Source: Desulfonauticus sp. (GTDB lineage: Bacteria; Desulfobacterota; Desulfovibrionia; Desulfovibrionales; Desulfonatronovibrionaceae). Taken from it: a DNA stretch of 64,000 nt. The position numbers and the translations under genes were made by a program. Shown here one piece after another: positions 9,450 to 19,808 of the stretch. Location: NCBI GenBank assembly GCA_030950395.1, contig JAUZRP010000012.1, positions 1,048 through 65,047 on the forward strand, in the 5' to 3' direction. Under the pieces are notes generated by a model that did not search any database, was not told the origin of the DNA, and was given only the letters and a program-made list of their open reading frames with translations. Within the stretch, counting starts at the first letter, position 1. Every line of letters begins with the position of its first letter.

Positions 9450-10139
9450 CTACTGACCAGAATTAACGATTTCTTTTATCTCTTGAAGTCCTACTGTCCT
9501 TCCATCTTCTAATCGTAACACCGTGCCTGTGTTACCAGTCTGAACCCCAGCCACTTTTCCACTAACCTGAGTATCCACCAACACTGGTTGACCATTTACG
9601 CCTTCTGCTGCAAACCTTACGGTATATACACCATCAGGAGCATTATTGCCTGTAAAATCTTTTCCATCCCAATGAAATTCGTAATCTCCAGGTTGGCGAG
9701 TCCCTAAACTTTCTGAATAAATTATATTGCCAAACTGATCAAAAACATTCACATACACACTTTTTGCCAAATCGTTTAAACTATAATAAACTGTAGAAAC
9801 CTTATCCCCTTGTTTACTCAAACTATCTCCAGCAGCAGTCACTTCTTTCCCAATAAAACTAACTGCTCCTAACATCTGCTGGGAATTATTTGCCTCTACC
9901 AGCTTATTCACTCCTTCAGCCACGTTGCTCATTTGCTCCAAACTAGAAAACTGAGCCAATTGTGCAATAAAGTCCTTATCATCCATAGGATTTAAAGGGT
10001 CCTGATGCTCCAGCTGAGTAACTAATAATTTTAAAAAGTCGTTTTTACCCAATTGTTTTTGATCACCAGTGGCTTTATAACCTTTTTTTTCCAATTCTCT
10101 TTCATAAGAACCAATTAAACCATTTACAGTAGTATCCAT
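9450..10139 (-). CDS. flgD: flagellar hook assembly (capping) protein FlgD
   Basis: LGKNDFLKLLVTQLEHQDPLNPMDDKDFIAQLAQFSSLEQ plus a FlgD Ig-like C-terminal domain. Confidence 0.9.
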   Translation of the reverse strand: MDTTVNGLIGSYERELEKKGYKATGDQKQLGKNDFLKLLVTQLEHQDPLNPMDDKDFIAQLAQFSSLEQMSNVAEGVNKLVEANNSQQMLGAVSFIGKEVTAAGDSLSKQGDKVSTVYYSLNDLAKSVYVNVFDQFGNIIYSESLGTRQPGDYEFHWDGKDFTGNNAPDGVYTVRFAAEGVNGQPVLVDTQVSGKVAGVQTGNTGTVLRLEDGRTVGLQEIKEIVNSGQ

Positions 10140-10157
10140 ATTATGTCTCCTTGTTTC

Positions 10158-11822
10158 TTAGGCAAACAGGCTAACTCTTTGGTCAGAAAAATTTTCCTCT
10201 TGTTCTGGATATAGCATATCTCTTGCCAAGTCTGGAGAAACAAAATAACTATTTTTTGCCAGAAAAATTCTTTGCTTAAACACTTCCCTTTGGGCTGCAT
10301 GTTGCTGTTGTTGCTCCCCTTGAGAAAATCCAAATTGCTGATTATTTTCCAAATTTGTTCTTACTTCTAACTTCTGAACCTTAAAACCAGCTTGCTCCAG
10401 GTGTAATTTTAGTTGATGCAGATGTTGATTTAAAACCTGAGATGTATCTTCATTAGAAGTCCTTAAAACCAAATTCACCTCGTTTTTATGCACCTGCAAA
10501 ATCAAACCAACTTTTCCCAAATCAGGTGGATCCAGATTTAAAATAGCCCGAGAAGTACCCTTAGAAAGATTTTGAAAAACCCCATTTTCCACTTGTTTCC
10601 AAATATGGGCAGAACCCTTTTGTTTGGCAGTCTGAAAAATCTTTGCTCCCTGCTCTAACCTATCCAATCTTGACTGAGAAATATTTATATTCTCCTCACT
10701 CTTTACAAATGTTTTTTTATCTTCTGGCTCAGTCTTTTTTACTTCCAATTTTTGCTCTGCAACATCCTGCTTATTTTGTTCTTGTCTGGAATTATCAGGT
10801 TCTGAGGAAAACTCTTTTGCTTTATGTTTTATCTTTTTACCTATACCCAAATGAGATTGAACAGGTTTATTTTCTTTTTTATCCACTTTTTTATCATTTT
10901 TATCATTAGTAATATGCTCTACATTAGATTGAGATGATGATTTAATGTCTTTTAATAAAGTATAAACAGTACTATCATCTTTTTGAGCTTCAATATAAGA
11001 TTTATTTTTGCTCTGCTGTTTATGAGTATTTTTTAATAATTCATCAATTTTTAAAACTAATTTTTTCTTTAAACTATCATTTAGGTCTAAAGAATCATCA
11101 CTTGTTTTATCTTGTTGTTTTATTAAATTAGCAAAAGTAAGAAAAAAATTTTTTAAACCATCTTTATCTAACTCTCCGACAAAAGCCTTAAGCTCATTTT
11201 GAGAATTATTTTTGTTTTTTAATAAAGCCATAAAAGATTTTAGATCCAGTTCTGTTAAAGTAATTTTTCTGTCTGGATCTAATTTATCTATTTTTGCTGA
11301 AACTTTTTGAATAAATAAATTAATTTTGCCAGAAGACAGCAAATTAAAAGTTTGCTTAGCCTCACTGGCTGAAAATCCTATTTTTTGTAACACCGTTAAA
11401 ATCAATGTTTTATGGCCTTGATCCAGAGCAGGTATTTTTATTTTGGGATGAATGTGAAAAAACTGAAACACTACCTGCCAAGTCAACTGACCTTTTTTCA
11501 TCTTATCTTCTAATAATTTAATTTTATCTTTAGATACTCCTTGCTCCTCCAAAAAAGATTTGAGAGCGGAAAAATCTTCCTGTCCCACCTTCTCCTCTAA
11601 TTTCCCTTCTACCTGCTCACAGGCCTTTTCCACTTTTGAAACAGTTTGCTCTCTCACCCCAAATCTATTTTGAACACAGCATTCTTCCTCTTTTAAATTA
11701 AGGTGTTGTTCCTGTTCTAAAAATAAAGAAAATTCCCTTTCTTGTGGCTTCTCAAAATTCCCTTTCTGTGGTATTAAAAACTTATCTGTTCTGGCTTGCA
11801 TGAAAATAGGAAAATTCTGCAT
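10158..11822 (-). CDS. fliK: flagellar hook-length control protein FliK-like
   Basis: C-terminal Flg_hook-type region (LNLDPPDLGKVGLILQVHKNEVNLVLRTSNEDTSQVL...LEQAGFKV) and position upstream of flgD. ATG at 11822 has a GGAG RBS; the track start (TTG 11885) is probably too long. Confidence 0.7.
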   Translation of the reverse strand: MQNFPIFMQARTDKFLIPQKGNFEKPQEREFSLFLEQEQHLNLKEEECCVQNRFGVREQTVSKVEKACEQVEGKLEEKVGQEDFSALKSFLEEQGVSKDKIKLLEDKMKKGQLTWQVVFQFFHIHPKIKIPALDQGHKTLILTVLQKIGFSASEAKQTFNLLSSGKINLFIQKVSAKIDKLDPDRKITLTELDLKSFMALLKNKNNSQNELKAFVGELDKDGLKNFFLTFANLIKQQDKTSDDSLDLNDSLKKKLVLKIDELLKNTHKQQSKNKSYIEAQKDDSTVYTLLKDIKSSSQSNVEHITNDKNDKKVDKKENKPVQSHLGIGKKIKHKAKEFSSEPDNSRQEQNKQDVAEQKLEVKKTEPEDKKTFVKSEENINISQSRLDRLEQGAKIFQTAKQKGSAHIWKQVENGVFQNLSKGTSRAILNLDPPDLGKVGLILQVHKNEVNLVLRTSNEDTSQVLNQHLHQLKLHLEQAGFKVQKLEVRTNLENNQQFGFSQGEQQQQHAAQREVFKQRIFLAKNSYFVSPDLARDMLYPEQEENFSDQRVSLFA

Positions 11823-11915
11823 GGCTACACTCCTTTTGCCTGTAAATAAACAAAAGATGTGCCAAACAAAACAAGAGGTGACCAAAAACTTTGAAAGGAA
11901 ATATTTAGGTAGGTT

Positions 11916-13061
11916 TTATACTTCGTCAGAATAAAACAAAACAGTTTTTAAGTCGTCAGTCTCTTCCAGATTACCGCCCAGGGCTGAAGCAGCAACTCCA
12001 AACGTAGCCATAATTTTTGCAAAATGCACGCAAGGCAAGCTGTCTCTAAGACCAGCCCAATTAAGCAAAACTTTTGCAGGTAAAACATAAATAACCCCCA
12101 AAGAGAGCACAAACAATCCCAACCAAAATCCAAGCATACTGATCAAAACAGAGCCAAACAGGACACACTTGGAACGTACTGCTTGTTCTTTTAATTTATG
12201 AGAACTGGCAACTCTATGTAAATTTTGCCCAAAATACAAACTAAGAGAAGAAAACAAAATAATAATCACCAAAGCAAAATTTAGCCAAGGAGTTTGCAAA
12301 GCTGCTCCCAATTCCCATGCCTCTGCGCTTAAAAACAAAAAAACTATAGAGATAGCAGTGGTAACCATAATTTTACCAAGACGCAAAAACATTTGCCAAA
12401 ATCTAAAAACCAAAATATCGCGCAAAATTCTAGGAAATTCTCTAAGTATAACTTGAAGATAAAAAAAGAAACTTCCCAACTTTGAACCAAGCCCTGTTTC
12501 TTCCAAACGAGGGTCTGCTATTTTTAATAAGTATGCCAGAGCGTCTTTTTTTTCTTCCTCACTCCAGGTCAAAGACAATTTTTCCAAATTTTTTCGCTCT
12601 TTTTCCAAAATTACAGAGTTACTCAGCCCCCATAATTTTCCCAAACAATACAAAATTAATTGATTCAAAAAACAAAATCTATTCCTCTCACTTTCAGGAA
12701 AACTATCTTCCAACCCGCTCACACTAATCACTGCAGTCTCCAAAACAGCTGAAGGCACTGCTTGCACACTTTGATGGAAACTTGATTTAAGGGGCAACTC
12801 AGTCAAAACAAGACTAAAATCCAAATTGTACTCTAATTTTAAATCTGCACCATATTCTAATAATTCCAACACATCATTACCTGAAGGAAAATCTTTACGC
12901 CTTATGACAACAAATTCCCAGTTGAGCTCTTGAAATTCTCGCTGTAATAACCTTTGTAAATCTTCTAAGCCCTTTTCTCCATATTGACAGAGCACTGCAT
13001 TATCATTGTCTTTTTCCAAAATAATCCCTATTACAATCCTCAATGAGTTATTTTTATTCAT
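11916..13061 (-). CDS. hypothetical membrane protein (soluble N-terminal half, about 4-5 C-terminal TM helices)
   Basis: Long ORF with hydrophobic segments in the C-terminal half. No motif recognised. Confidence 0.5.
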   Translation of the reverse strand: MNKNNSLRIVIGIILEKDNDNAVLCQYGEKGLEDLQRLLQREFQELNWEFVVIRRKDFPSGNDVLELLEYGADLKLEYNLDFSLVLTELPLKSSFHQSVQAVPSAVLETAVISVSGLEDSFPESERNRFCFLNQLILYCLGKLWGLSNSVILEKERKNLEKLSLTWSEEEKKDALAYLLKIADPRLEETGLGSKLGSFFFYLQVILREFPRILRDILVFRFWQMFLRLGKIMVTTAISIVFLFLSAEAWELGAALQTPWLNFALVIIILFSSLSLYFGQNLHRVASSHKLKEQAVRSKCVLFGSVLISMLGFWLGLFVLSLGVIYVLPAKVLLNWAGLRDSLPCVHFAKIMATFGVAASALGGNLEETDDLKTVLFYSDEV

Positions 13062-13076
13062 TAAAAAAGTATCACC

Positions 13077-16000
13077 TTAAAATAAATATCTCTGCTTTTC
13101 TATAATCTTGGTCTTTTTTTGAAGCTTTACCTCTTTAATCAAAGAAAAATCCAATTTAGATAAAAATCTAGATTTTGGTAACGACAGCTTTTTGTTATAA
13201 ATTTTTCGCGTACTGGCCAAAGTCAAAAACAAGTATTTTCTGGCTCTGGTCATGCCCACATAAAACAATCTCTTCTCCTCATTTTCGTTAAAGCCAGAAC
13301 TTTCTCTTTCTATGTCTAATAATCTGTCAATACCCACAAAAGGCAATATCCCATCTTCCAAACAGGGTAAAAAAACAGCTTCAAACTCAAGTCCCTTACT
13401 GGCGTGCAAAGTCATAATGCGGACTTTTTGACTTTTTTCTCTCACCAACTCTAATTCGCTTTCCAACTGAATAGTATTTAACACTCCCAACCAACCCTGC
13501 TCTTGAGCGTATAATTTCTCCAATTCTCTAAAAGGCTTACTCTCCCAAAACAAAGGATCAAAGGGAGGTATGTCTTTTAAAAAATTTTTTATTCCCTGAG
13601 GACCGTCTGTAATCACTGCATCTGGCAAAATTTTATCCCTGCTAGCCAAAGACAGTCCTAAAATCCTGCGCACTTCTTTTAAAATAATCTCAATTCTCGG
13701 ATCTTTATAAAAAGCCTCGTCCTCAGGCACAGAAAATGGTATCCCCCTCCTTTTTAAGGCCTGTTTAAAAGGCTCTAACAGGGCCTTAAACCTCACTAAA
13801 ACAGCTATATCACCAGGAGCCAATTCGCCTTCCCTTCGATCTAAAGCCAGATGAGATGTCCCACCAAGCAGAGTCTTTATTTTATCAGCTATCCAAAAAG
13901 CTTCATAACTAGCACTAGGAGCTTCTAAAAAGTAAATTTGGCTGTCAATGGACTTTACGGCTTGTAATCTGTTACTGTCCTCTGCTCCAAACAAACTAGA
14001 AGACAGGTCTAAAATTTTCTGTCCAGATCGATAATTTAAAGACAGACTCAAAATTTCCAGATCAGACCAGACCTTTTTTAAATAAACAGTTACGTCTTCT
14101 ACACCACCTCTAAAGCCATAAATGGATTGTTTGGGATCTCCTATGGCAAAAAAACCTATCCCATCTTTGGAAGACAATTGGCATACTAGCTCTAATTGAA
14201 GAGGAGACAAATCCTGAATCTCGTCCACTAAAATGTGATTGTAGGGCCTGAAAAAATTGCCCACTTCCAATTCGTGCAGCCAGAATTCTAGTAATTCCAG
14301 ATAATCAACCACGTTTAAGTCTTTTTTTAGTTTAAAATAATTTTCAGCTTCTTCACTCAAACTTTTTCTCAATTCTCTGGCAAAAGCAAACTCTTCCCAT
14401 TTGATTTTTAATTGTCTTCCCTTTAATTCAGGATTGGCCAACGCAAATAATTTTTTGGCGTCTGCTTCATCAATGATTAATGGCCTTTCTCCGTGTACTT
14501 GTTGCCAATACTCATAAGCTAAAGCATGCAAAGTATCTGCTATAGGAAGAGCATATTGATCTCCTATAGCCATAGTTAAACGGGATTTTAGCTCAAAAGC
14601 AGCCTTTCTGGTAAAGGTAACAACTAAAATGTGACGAGGGTTCACTCCTTTTTGTAACAAGTGCAATACTCGACCAAGCAGAGTATGAGTTTTACCAGTG
14701 CCAGGTCCTGCCAAAGCCAAAACTGGCCCAGGATGGGCAATCACTTTTTTTTGTTCTTCATTATAGCTTAATTCAAAATTATCTTTCTCTAGATGTTCCT
14801 TATTCAAATTAAATACATCTCGGGTATAACCCTCAGATGTTGTTTGAACGTCCACAAACAAAAACTTGCCTTGCTGTAATTCTCTTAATTCTTTTTCTGT
14901 AAAAAGATAAATTTTTCCATATTGACCATCAAAACCCGGCTGCCTTAAGACTTCTCCCTTGCGTAATCTAGAAATAGCTATCCCAAGAGGTCTGGACACC
15001 TGGCTCAAATCTTCTTCTGGCACTTTTAATAACACGTCCAGCTCAGATTTAAATTTTGTAATTAATTGCAGATAAAGAACACTTACTTTTTTACTCTTGG
15101 AACCAACCTGTAAAAACTCTCCAATTATTTCTTTTAAAGGGATCAAAGAAGTATATCCAGGTCTGTTTTTGGGTTGTTCTGGCTGTGTTCTATCTGCCAG
15201 CTCCAAAACCCTATGTAATACCCCAACAGTTAATTTTTTGCCACAAACAGGGCAAATGCCGTTATGCGCTAAAGTTTCTTGAGGGGTTAACACAACTCCG
15301 CATTTTCTATGCCCATCCAGATGATACTTTCCCTCTTCAGGATAAAATTCTATGGTGCCCAAAAATTTATTACTCAGTCCTTCCCCTCTTAAAGCATAAA
15401 AAATCCCATCATAACTTATATCTCCAGAGAAAATATTAGCTTCTCTGGCCAAATTTTCTCCTGAATGGGCATCAGAATTGGAGACCAAAAAAAATCTATC
15501 CAATTTACTCCACATCCAATTCATTTCAGGATCAGAAGATAACCCTGTTTCCAAGGCAAAAATATATGAACTCAAATCCTCAAAACAATCTTCTATACTA
15601 TCAAAACCAGATTTAGAACCAAAAAGAGAAAACCAAGGGGTCCAAATATGGGCAGGGATAAGAAAAGCTTTCGGATCTAACTCCAAGACCATTTCTAACA
15701 AGTCTTTGGCATCTAGCCCCAAAATAGGCCGACCATCTGATTCTAGATTACCTATTTGGGCCAAACGCTTATTTAAGGCCTTTGCCTTTTCAAAGGAAGG
15801 CACAAAAACCAAATTGTGAATTTTTCTGACTTTGCCATTTTTTTTGTAAATAGAGCTAATTTCAGCACTCAACATAAAAAACACATCGCCTTTTAACTCC
15901 CTATCCAGGCCAACAATTTCTTTATTTAAATTAATTTTGTCTTTTAATTTAAACAATCCATTATCTAAAGACAGCAAACTCTCTTCTAATACCTGTAACC

Positions 16001-16145
16001 AGCCAGGATGAGTAAAATCACCTGTCCCAAGAACGTTTATACCCTTTACCTCAGCCCAGGCAGCAAGCTGCCAAGGAGAAAGTTTTTTGCTAGTAGCCCT
16101 GGAAAATGGAGAATGAATGTGTAAATCTGCTATAAATCGCTCCAC
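13077..16145 (-). CDS. fusion of an endonuclease-Q-like PHP domain and a UvrD/PcrA-type superfamily-1 helicase
   Basis: N-terminus ADLHIHSPFSRATS, HIWTPWFSLFG and Zn-knuckle CPVCGKKLTVGVLHRV (PHP/EndoQ-like). Helicase motifs AGPGTGKTHTL, LVDEIQDLSP, MTLHASKGLEFEAVFL and FYVGMTRARKYLFL. Confidence 0.8.
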   Translation of the reverse strand: MERFIADLHIHSPFSRATSKKLSPWQLAAWAEVKGINVLGTGDFTHPGWLQVLEESLLSLDNGLFKLKDKINLNKEIVGLDRELKGDVFFMLSAEISSIYKKNGKVRKIHNLVFVPSFEKAKALNKRLAQIGNLESDGRPILGLDAKDLLEMVLELDPKAFLIPAHIWTPWFSLFGSKSGFDSIEDCFEDLSSYIFALETGLSSDPEMNWMWSKLDRFFLVSNSDAHSGENLAREANIFSGDISYDGIFYALRGEGLSNKFLGTIEFYPEEGKYHLDGHRKCGVVLTPQETLAHNGICPVCGKKLTVGVLHRVLELADRTQPEQPKNRPGYTSLIPLKEIIGEFLQVGSKSKKVSVLYLQLITKFKSELDVLLKVPEEDLSQVSRPLGIAISRLRKGEVLRQPGFDGQYGKIYLFTEKELRELQQGKFLFVDVQTTSEGYTRDVFNLNKEHLEKDNFELSYNEEQKKVIAHPGPVLALAGPGTGKTHTLLGRVLHLLQKGVNPRHILVVTFTRKAAFELKSRLTMAIGDQYALPIADTLHALAYEYWQQVHGERPLIIDEADAKKLFALANPELKGRQLKIKWEEFAFARELRKSLSEEAENYFKLKKDLNVVDYLELLEFWLHELEVGNFFRPYNHILVDEIQDLSPLQLELVCQLSSKDGIGFFAIGDPKQSIYGFRGGVEDVTVYLKKVWSDLEILSLSLNYRSGQKILDLSSSLFGAEDSNRLQAVKSIDSQIYFLEAPSASYEAFWIADKIKTLLGGTSHLALDRREGELAPGDIAVLVRFKALLEPFKQALKRRGIPFSVPEDEAFYKDPRIEIILKEVRRILGLSLASRDKILPDAVITDGPQGIKNFLKDIPPFDPLFWESKPFRELEKLYAQEQGWLGVLNTIQLESELELVREKSQKVRIMTLHASKGLEFEAVFLPCLEDGILPFVGIDRLLDIERESSGFNENEEKRLFYVGMTRARKYLFLTLASTRKIYNKKLSLPKSRFLSKLDFSLIKEVKLQKKTKIIEKQRYLF

Positions 16146-16303
16146 TTCTGTCCATCCTAAAAATTAAAATCTTCCACCCCTAAATCATAAGGTCCACAAA
16201 TCAAACGCTCACATTCGCAGATCAAAAGATTTGTTTCTCTATTTAGCCACCTTTAACACCAACTCCATTTACTGTCCCCATAAATTAGCAGTGGTTTTCA
16301 TAC

Positions 16304-17029
16304 TTAGGTCTGACAATCTGTTGGATCGCCATTTAGTTTATCCAGACAATGTTTTAAAGCTGGCAACACCGGGCTTAAATTTTCACAAACAGCCTTTACA
16401 CTGCCTGGCAAATTGAGAATCAAAGTTTTTTTACTAAGACCACACACAGCTCTAGATATAGCAGCATGAGGAGTTTTAGCTAAACCTGCGGCCAACATAG
16501 CCTGCTCAAAGCCGGCCAATCTTTTTTCCACAACACAGAGCGTAACATCAGCAGTTATATCTCGCGGATACACACCTGTACCACCCGTAGTGATAATCAA
16601 ATCCACTCCCAAAAATTCCACCAGATGAATAAACAAATACTTTAAACTAGAAACATTGTCTGGCAAAACATATCTTTTTTTCCAGACCAAAGAAAGCTCT
16701 TTGGCCACCATATTTTCAACTTCAGGTCCACTTAGATCTTCTCTTAATCCGGCATAACCCTTATCACTCAAAGTGATTATGGCTAGAGAGTAGCCTTTTT
16801 TGGTCAGCACAAATTTTTGATCTGGAGAAAAAGATAAAAATTCCAAAAAAAAGTCATCCTGCCAAAAAACTTTATTCTCACAAACGTATTTTTGATTAAA
16901 TTCCGTACCCACTCTAATTTCTTCTGGAGCAAGTGGCACGTTGGAAGGATAAAAAAAATTTTTTATACTAACTAAGTAATTATTCCCCACTTGAAGCACT
17001 GGTCTATTCTCTTTATAAAATACCTCCAT
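16304..17029 (-). CDS. MogA/MoaB-domain molybdenum cofactor biosynthesis protein with an ~95-aa N-terminal extension
   Basis: ITLSDKGYAGLREDLSGP and IITTGGTGVYPRDIT motifs. ATG 17029 has a GAGG RBS and removes the overlap produced by the track start at 17119. Confidence 0.75.
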   Translation of the reverse strand: MEVFYKENRPVLQVGNNYLVSIKNFFYPSNVPLAPEEIRVGTEFNQKYVCENKVFWQDDFFLEFLSFSPDQKFVLTKKGYSLAIITLSDKGYAGLREDLSGPEVENMVAKELSLVWKKRYVLPDNVSSLKYLFIHLVEFLGVDLIITTGGTGVYPRDITADVTLCVVEKRLAGFEQAMLAAGLAKTPHAAISRAVCGLSKKTLILNLPGSVKAVCENLSPVLPALKHCLDKLNGDPTDCQT

Positions 17030-17054
17030 TTCTTTACCTCTAATACTAAATAAA

Positions 17055-17765
17055 TTAAGCAAAAAGTACGGCCAACACTCCACATAAAAATATGCCATCA
17101 AAAGTGCCTGCTCCACCAATCGAAAGTACCGGACTAATATATTGGTCTTGATCTTTTGGATTTAAAAGGTGCAACACGTCTGCTCCTATCAAAGTGCCTA
17201 AAGTTCCAGAAACATAAGCAACCTGAGGAGCAATGCTAGGCGGAGCAAACATCCAGGTAACCAATACTGTAACTAGTGGCGGTATCAAAAAAGGGATACC
17301 AATGCCAATACCAGGAATGGGGCGAGCTAATTGATAACAAACAATAGTTACGATTAAAAAACAAATGGCCAGATTTAAAGATACACCTATTTGAAAAACA
17401 AAATAAAGAGACAAAAAAAGCGGGACCAAGCCACCACCCACGTTTAAAGCAATAATCTGTTCGTTGTTAAAATGCAAATCTCCAGGATAAGGGCGAACGT
17501 GTTTAAAAAAAGGACCAAACACATCATCTTGCTCAATAAAACAATCAAATTGCTGTTTACGTCTCACCAAAGGAATATTGACGCCACTGCCTAAAAAACT
17601 CAATACCAACAAACCAAAAACCTGCCAGCCGCTCAAACCTAACTTAGAAAAAGCAACCGCAATAAGTCCTATTTTTATCAAGCCAAACAAAAAAAACAGC
17701 AAAAATAAAAACAGAACTATGGTAATAAAAAGAAAAGGAAAATAAAAAAATAATCCAGGTCGCAT
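17055..17765 (-). CDS. polytopic membrane protein (possibly DUF1614-like; family not confidently recognised)
   Basis: Multiple hydrophobic helices throughout. ATG at 17765 is preceded by GGGGG. Confidence 0.5.
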   Translation of the reverse strand: MRPGLFFYFPFLFITIVLFLFLLFFLFGLIKIGLIAVAFSKLGLSGWQVFGLLVLSFLGSGVNIPLVRRKQQFDCFIEQDDVFGPFFKHVRPYPGDLHFNNEQIIALNVGGGLVPLFLSLYFVFQIGVSLNLAICFLIVTIVCYQLARPIPGIGIGIPFLIPPLVTVLVTWMFAPPSIAPQVAYVSGTLGTLIGADVLHLLNPKDQDQYISPVLSIGGAGTFDGIFLCGVLAVLFA

Positions 17766-18333
17766 ATCAACCCCCACAAACAGTGTCTAACAATTTTTTC
17801 TTACCTGGTCAAAAACATTCCCTCAAAAATTTTACGACCTCTCATTGCAGCTAAAAACTTTTGGTTAAATTTCCAAAATAAATTATCATTGGAAGATTAG
17901 ACAAAGGGATGTTTTTATTATATACAAAGAGAAGGAAATTAGATAAAAAATAGCTTTTGATATTTTTTTATTTTTGTTACCCTAAATGTTGACCACCAAA
18001 TTAGTTGTTTCCCCAAAAATTAAATTTTAACCCTTTCTATATTTACAAATTCAAGACAAACCCCAAACATGTAAAGAACTAGCTAATTTTTAGATAAGAT
18101 CACGTTTATTATCTCTTCTGTCAAATCAAAAAAACACACAACTGGAACCAGTTTATATCTTTCATATTCAAAAAAAGCCAAAAAATTCTTCAACAGCCTT
18201 TTCAAAGTCTTCTATGTAGTGCTTCTGTAGGTAAATTTTACGTCTGCACCTACTATTACATTCCACCGATTATATAGATAGACTTTTGACCTCCATCTCT
18301 TTTAGATGTTAGTTCTGTTTTGGTGCAATATGA

Positions 18334-19047
18334 TTAGCCCCCTAAATAGGCCTTTCTCACTGCAGGGTCAGAAACAAGTTTTTTTGCATCTCCAGACAAA
18401 ACTATCCTTCCCACTTCCAAGACATATCCTCTATGAGCAAGTTTTAAAGCAGATCTAGCATTTTGCTCCACTAACAATACAGTAACTCCACTTTGATTAA
18501 TTTCTCGTATAGTAGAAAAAATCGACTTTACTAAAATAGGTGCCAGGCCCAAACTTGGTTCATCTAACAACAATATTTTAGGATTAGCCATAAGTCCTCT
18601 GGCTATAGCCAACATTTGCTGCTCTCCACCACTTAAAGTGCCTGCCAATTGTTGTCTTCTTTCTTTTAATCTGGGAAATAAATGAAAAACCCAATCTAAC
18701 ACTTGTTTTATTTTAGAATCATTTTCTACTGTAAATGCGCCCAGATTAAGATTTTCTTGCACTGTGAGGGTAGAAAATACTCTTCTCCCTTCAGGAACCT
18801 GAGCTATACCCAGCTTTACTATGTCATGAGCTTCCAGTTTACTAATTTCTATATCTCCAAAAAATATCTGGCCTCTAGCTGGCTTTAACAATCCACTAAT
18901 GGTTAATAAAGTAGTAGATTTACCTGCCCCATTAGCTCCTAAAATAGTTACTATCTCCCCTTCCTGAACCTCTAGATTAATCCCATGAAGAGCTTCTACA
19001 TTGCCATAATTCACGTACAAATTTTCTACTTTCAACATATTAGTCAT
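18334..19047 (-). CDS. livF: branched-chain amino acid ABC transporter ATP-binding protein LivF
   Basis: Walker A GANGAGKST, signature LSGGEQQML, Walker B LLLDEPS and the C-terminal DPAVRKAYLG typical of LivF. Confidence 0.9.
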   Translation of the reverse strand: MTNMLKVENLYVNYGNVEALHGINLEVQEGEIVTILGANGAGKSTTLLTISGLLKPARGQIFFGDIEISKLEAHDIVKLGIAQVPEGRRVFSTLTVQENLNLGAFTVENDSKIKQVLDWVFHLFPRLKERRQQLAGTLSGGEQQMLAIARGLMANPKILLLDEPSLGLAPILVKSIFSTIREINQSGVTVLLVEQNARSALKLAHRGYVLEVGRIVLSGDAKKLVSDPAVRKAYLGG

Positions 19048-19807
19048 CCTCTTCCCAGCCTAAATAAGCCTCTATAACTTGAGGATCTGCTTTTATTTGC
19101 TCCGCAGTGCCTTCTGCTATTTTAGTGCCATGTTCTAGCACCACTATCTTTTCACAAATTTTCATTACCAAACTCATGTCGTGTTCAATCAATAAAATCG
19201 TAATGCCTCTTTTTTTTATCTGGTCTATCAATCTCACAAGAGCCTGAGTTTCTTGTTCGTTCATACCCCCAGCAGGCTCATCTAAAATTAAAAGTTTTGG
19301 TCTAGTAGCTAAGGCCCTTGCAATCTCAAGCAATCTTTGATTGCCATAAGAAAGATTTTTGGCTTGATTATTTACTTCTTTTTCTAAACCTACAAATCTT
19401 AATTCTTGAAAAGCATTCTTTACGGCCTGATGTTCCTCCTGTTTTTGCCATCCAGGTTGAAACATACAGGCTAAAACCCCTGCCCTCATTCTACAATGAC
19501 AACCCGCTAACACGTTTTCTAAAACAGATCTATTTTGAAACAAACGAATAGTCTGAAAGGTCCTAGCAATCCCTAGCTTTACTATTTTGTTAGGGGATAA
19601 TCCTGTTATATTTTTACCTGAAAAAATAATTTCTCCACTATCAGGTTTATAATTTCCTGTAATTAAATTAAATACAGTGGTTTTACCTGCTCCATTAGGC
19701 CCAATTAATCCCATTACTGTGCCCTCAGACACCTCAAAATTTACGTCATTTACAGCCATAAGGCCACCAAAAGATTTGCTAACATTATAAACCTTTAACA
19801 AAGTCAT
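19040..19807 (-). CDS. livG: branched-chain amino acid ABC transporter ATP-binding protein LivG
   Basis: [33 protein letters not shown] and the C-terminal [10 protein letters not shown]. Confidence 0.9.
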   Translation of the reverse strand: MTLLKVYNVSKSFGGLMAVNDVNFEVSEGTVMGLIGPNGAGKTTVFNLITGNYKPDSGEIIFSGKNITGLSPNKIVKLGIARTFQTIRLFQNRSVLENVLAGCHCRMRAGVLACMFQPGWQKQEEHQAVKNAFQELRFVGLEKEVNNQAKNLSYGNQRLLEIARALATRPKLLILDEPAGGMNEQETQALVRLIDQIKKRGITILLIEHDMSLVMKICEKIVVLEHGTKIAEGTAEQIKADPQVIEAYLGWEEDD

Positions 19808-19808
19808 C

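Noticed and set aside
17030-17119. A long 5' extension of the mogA-like ORF that overlaps the upstream membrane-protein gene by 65 nt.
   Set aside because: The internal ATG at 17029 has a GAGG RBS and removes the overlap. The extension is hydrophobic nonsense read through the neighbour's 3' end.
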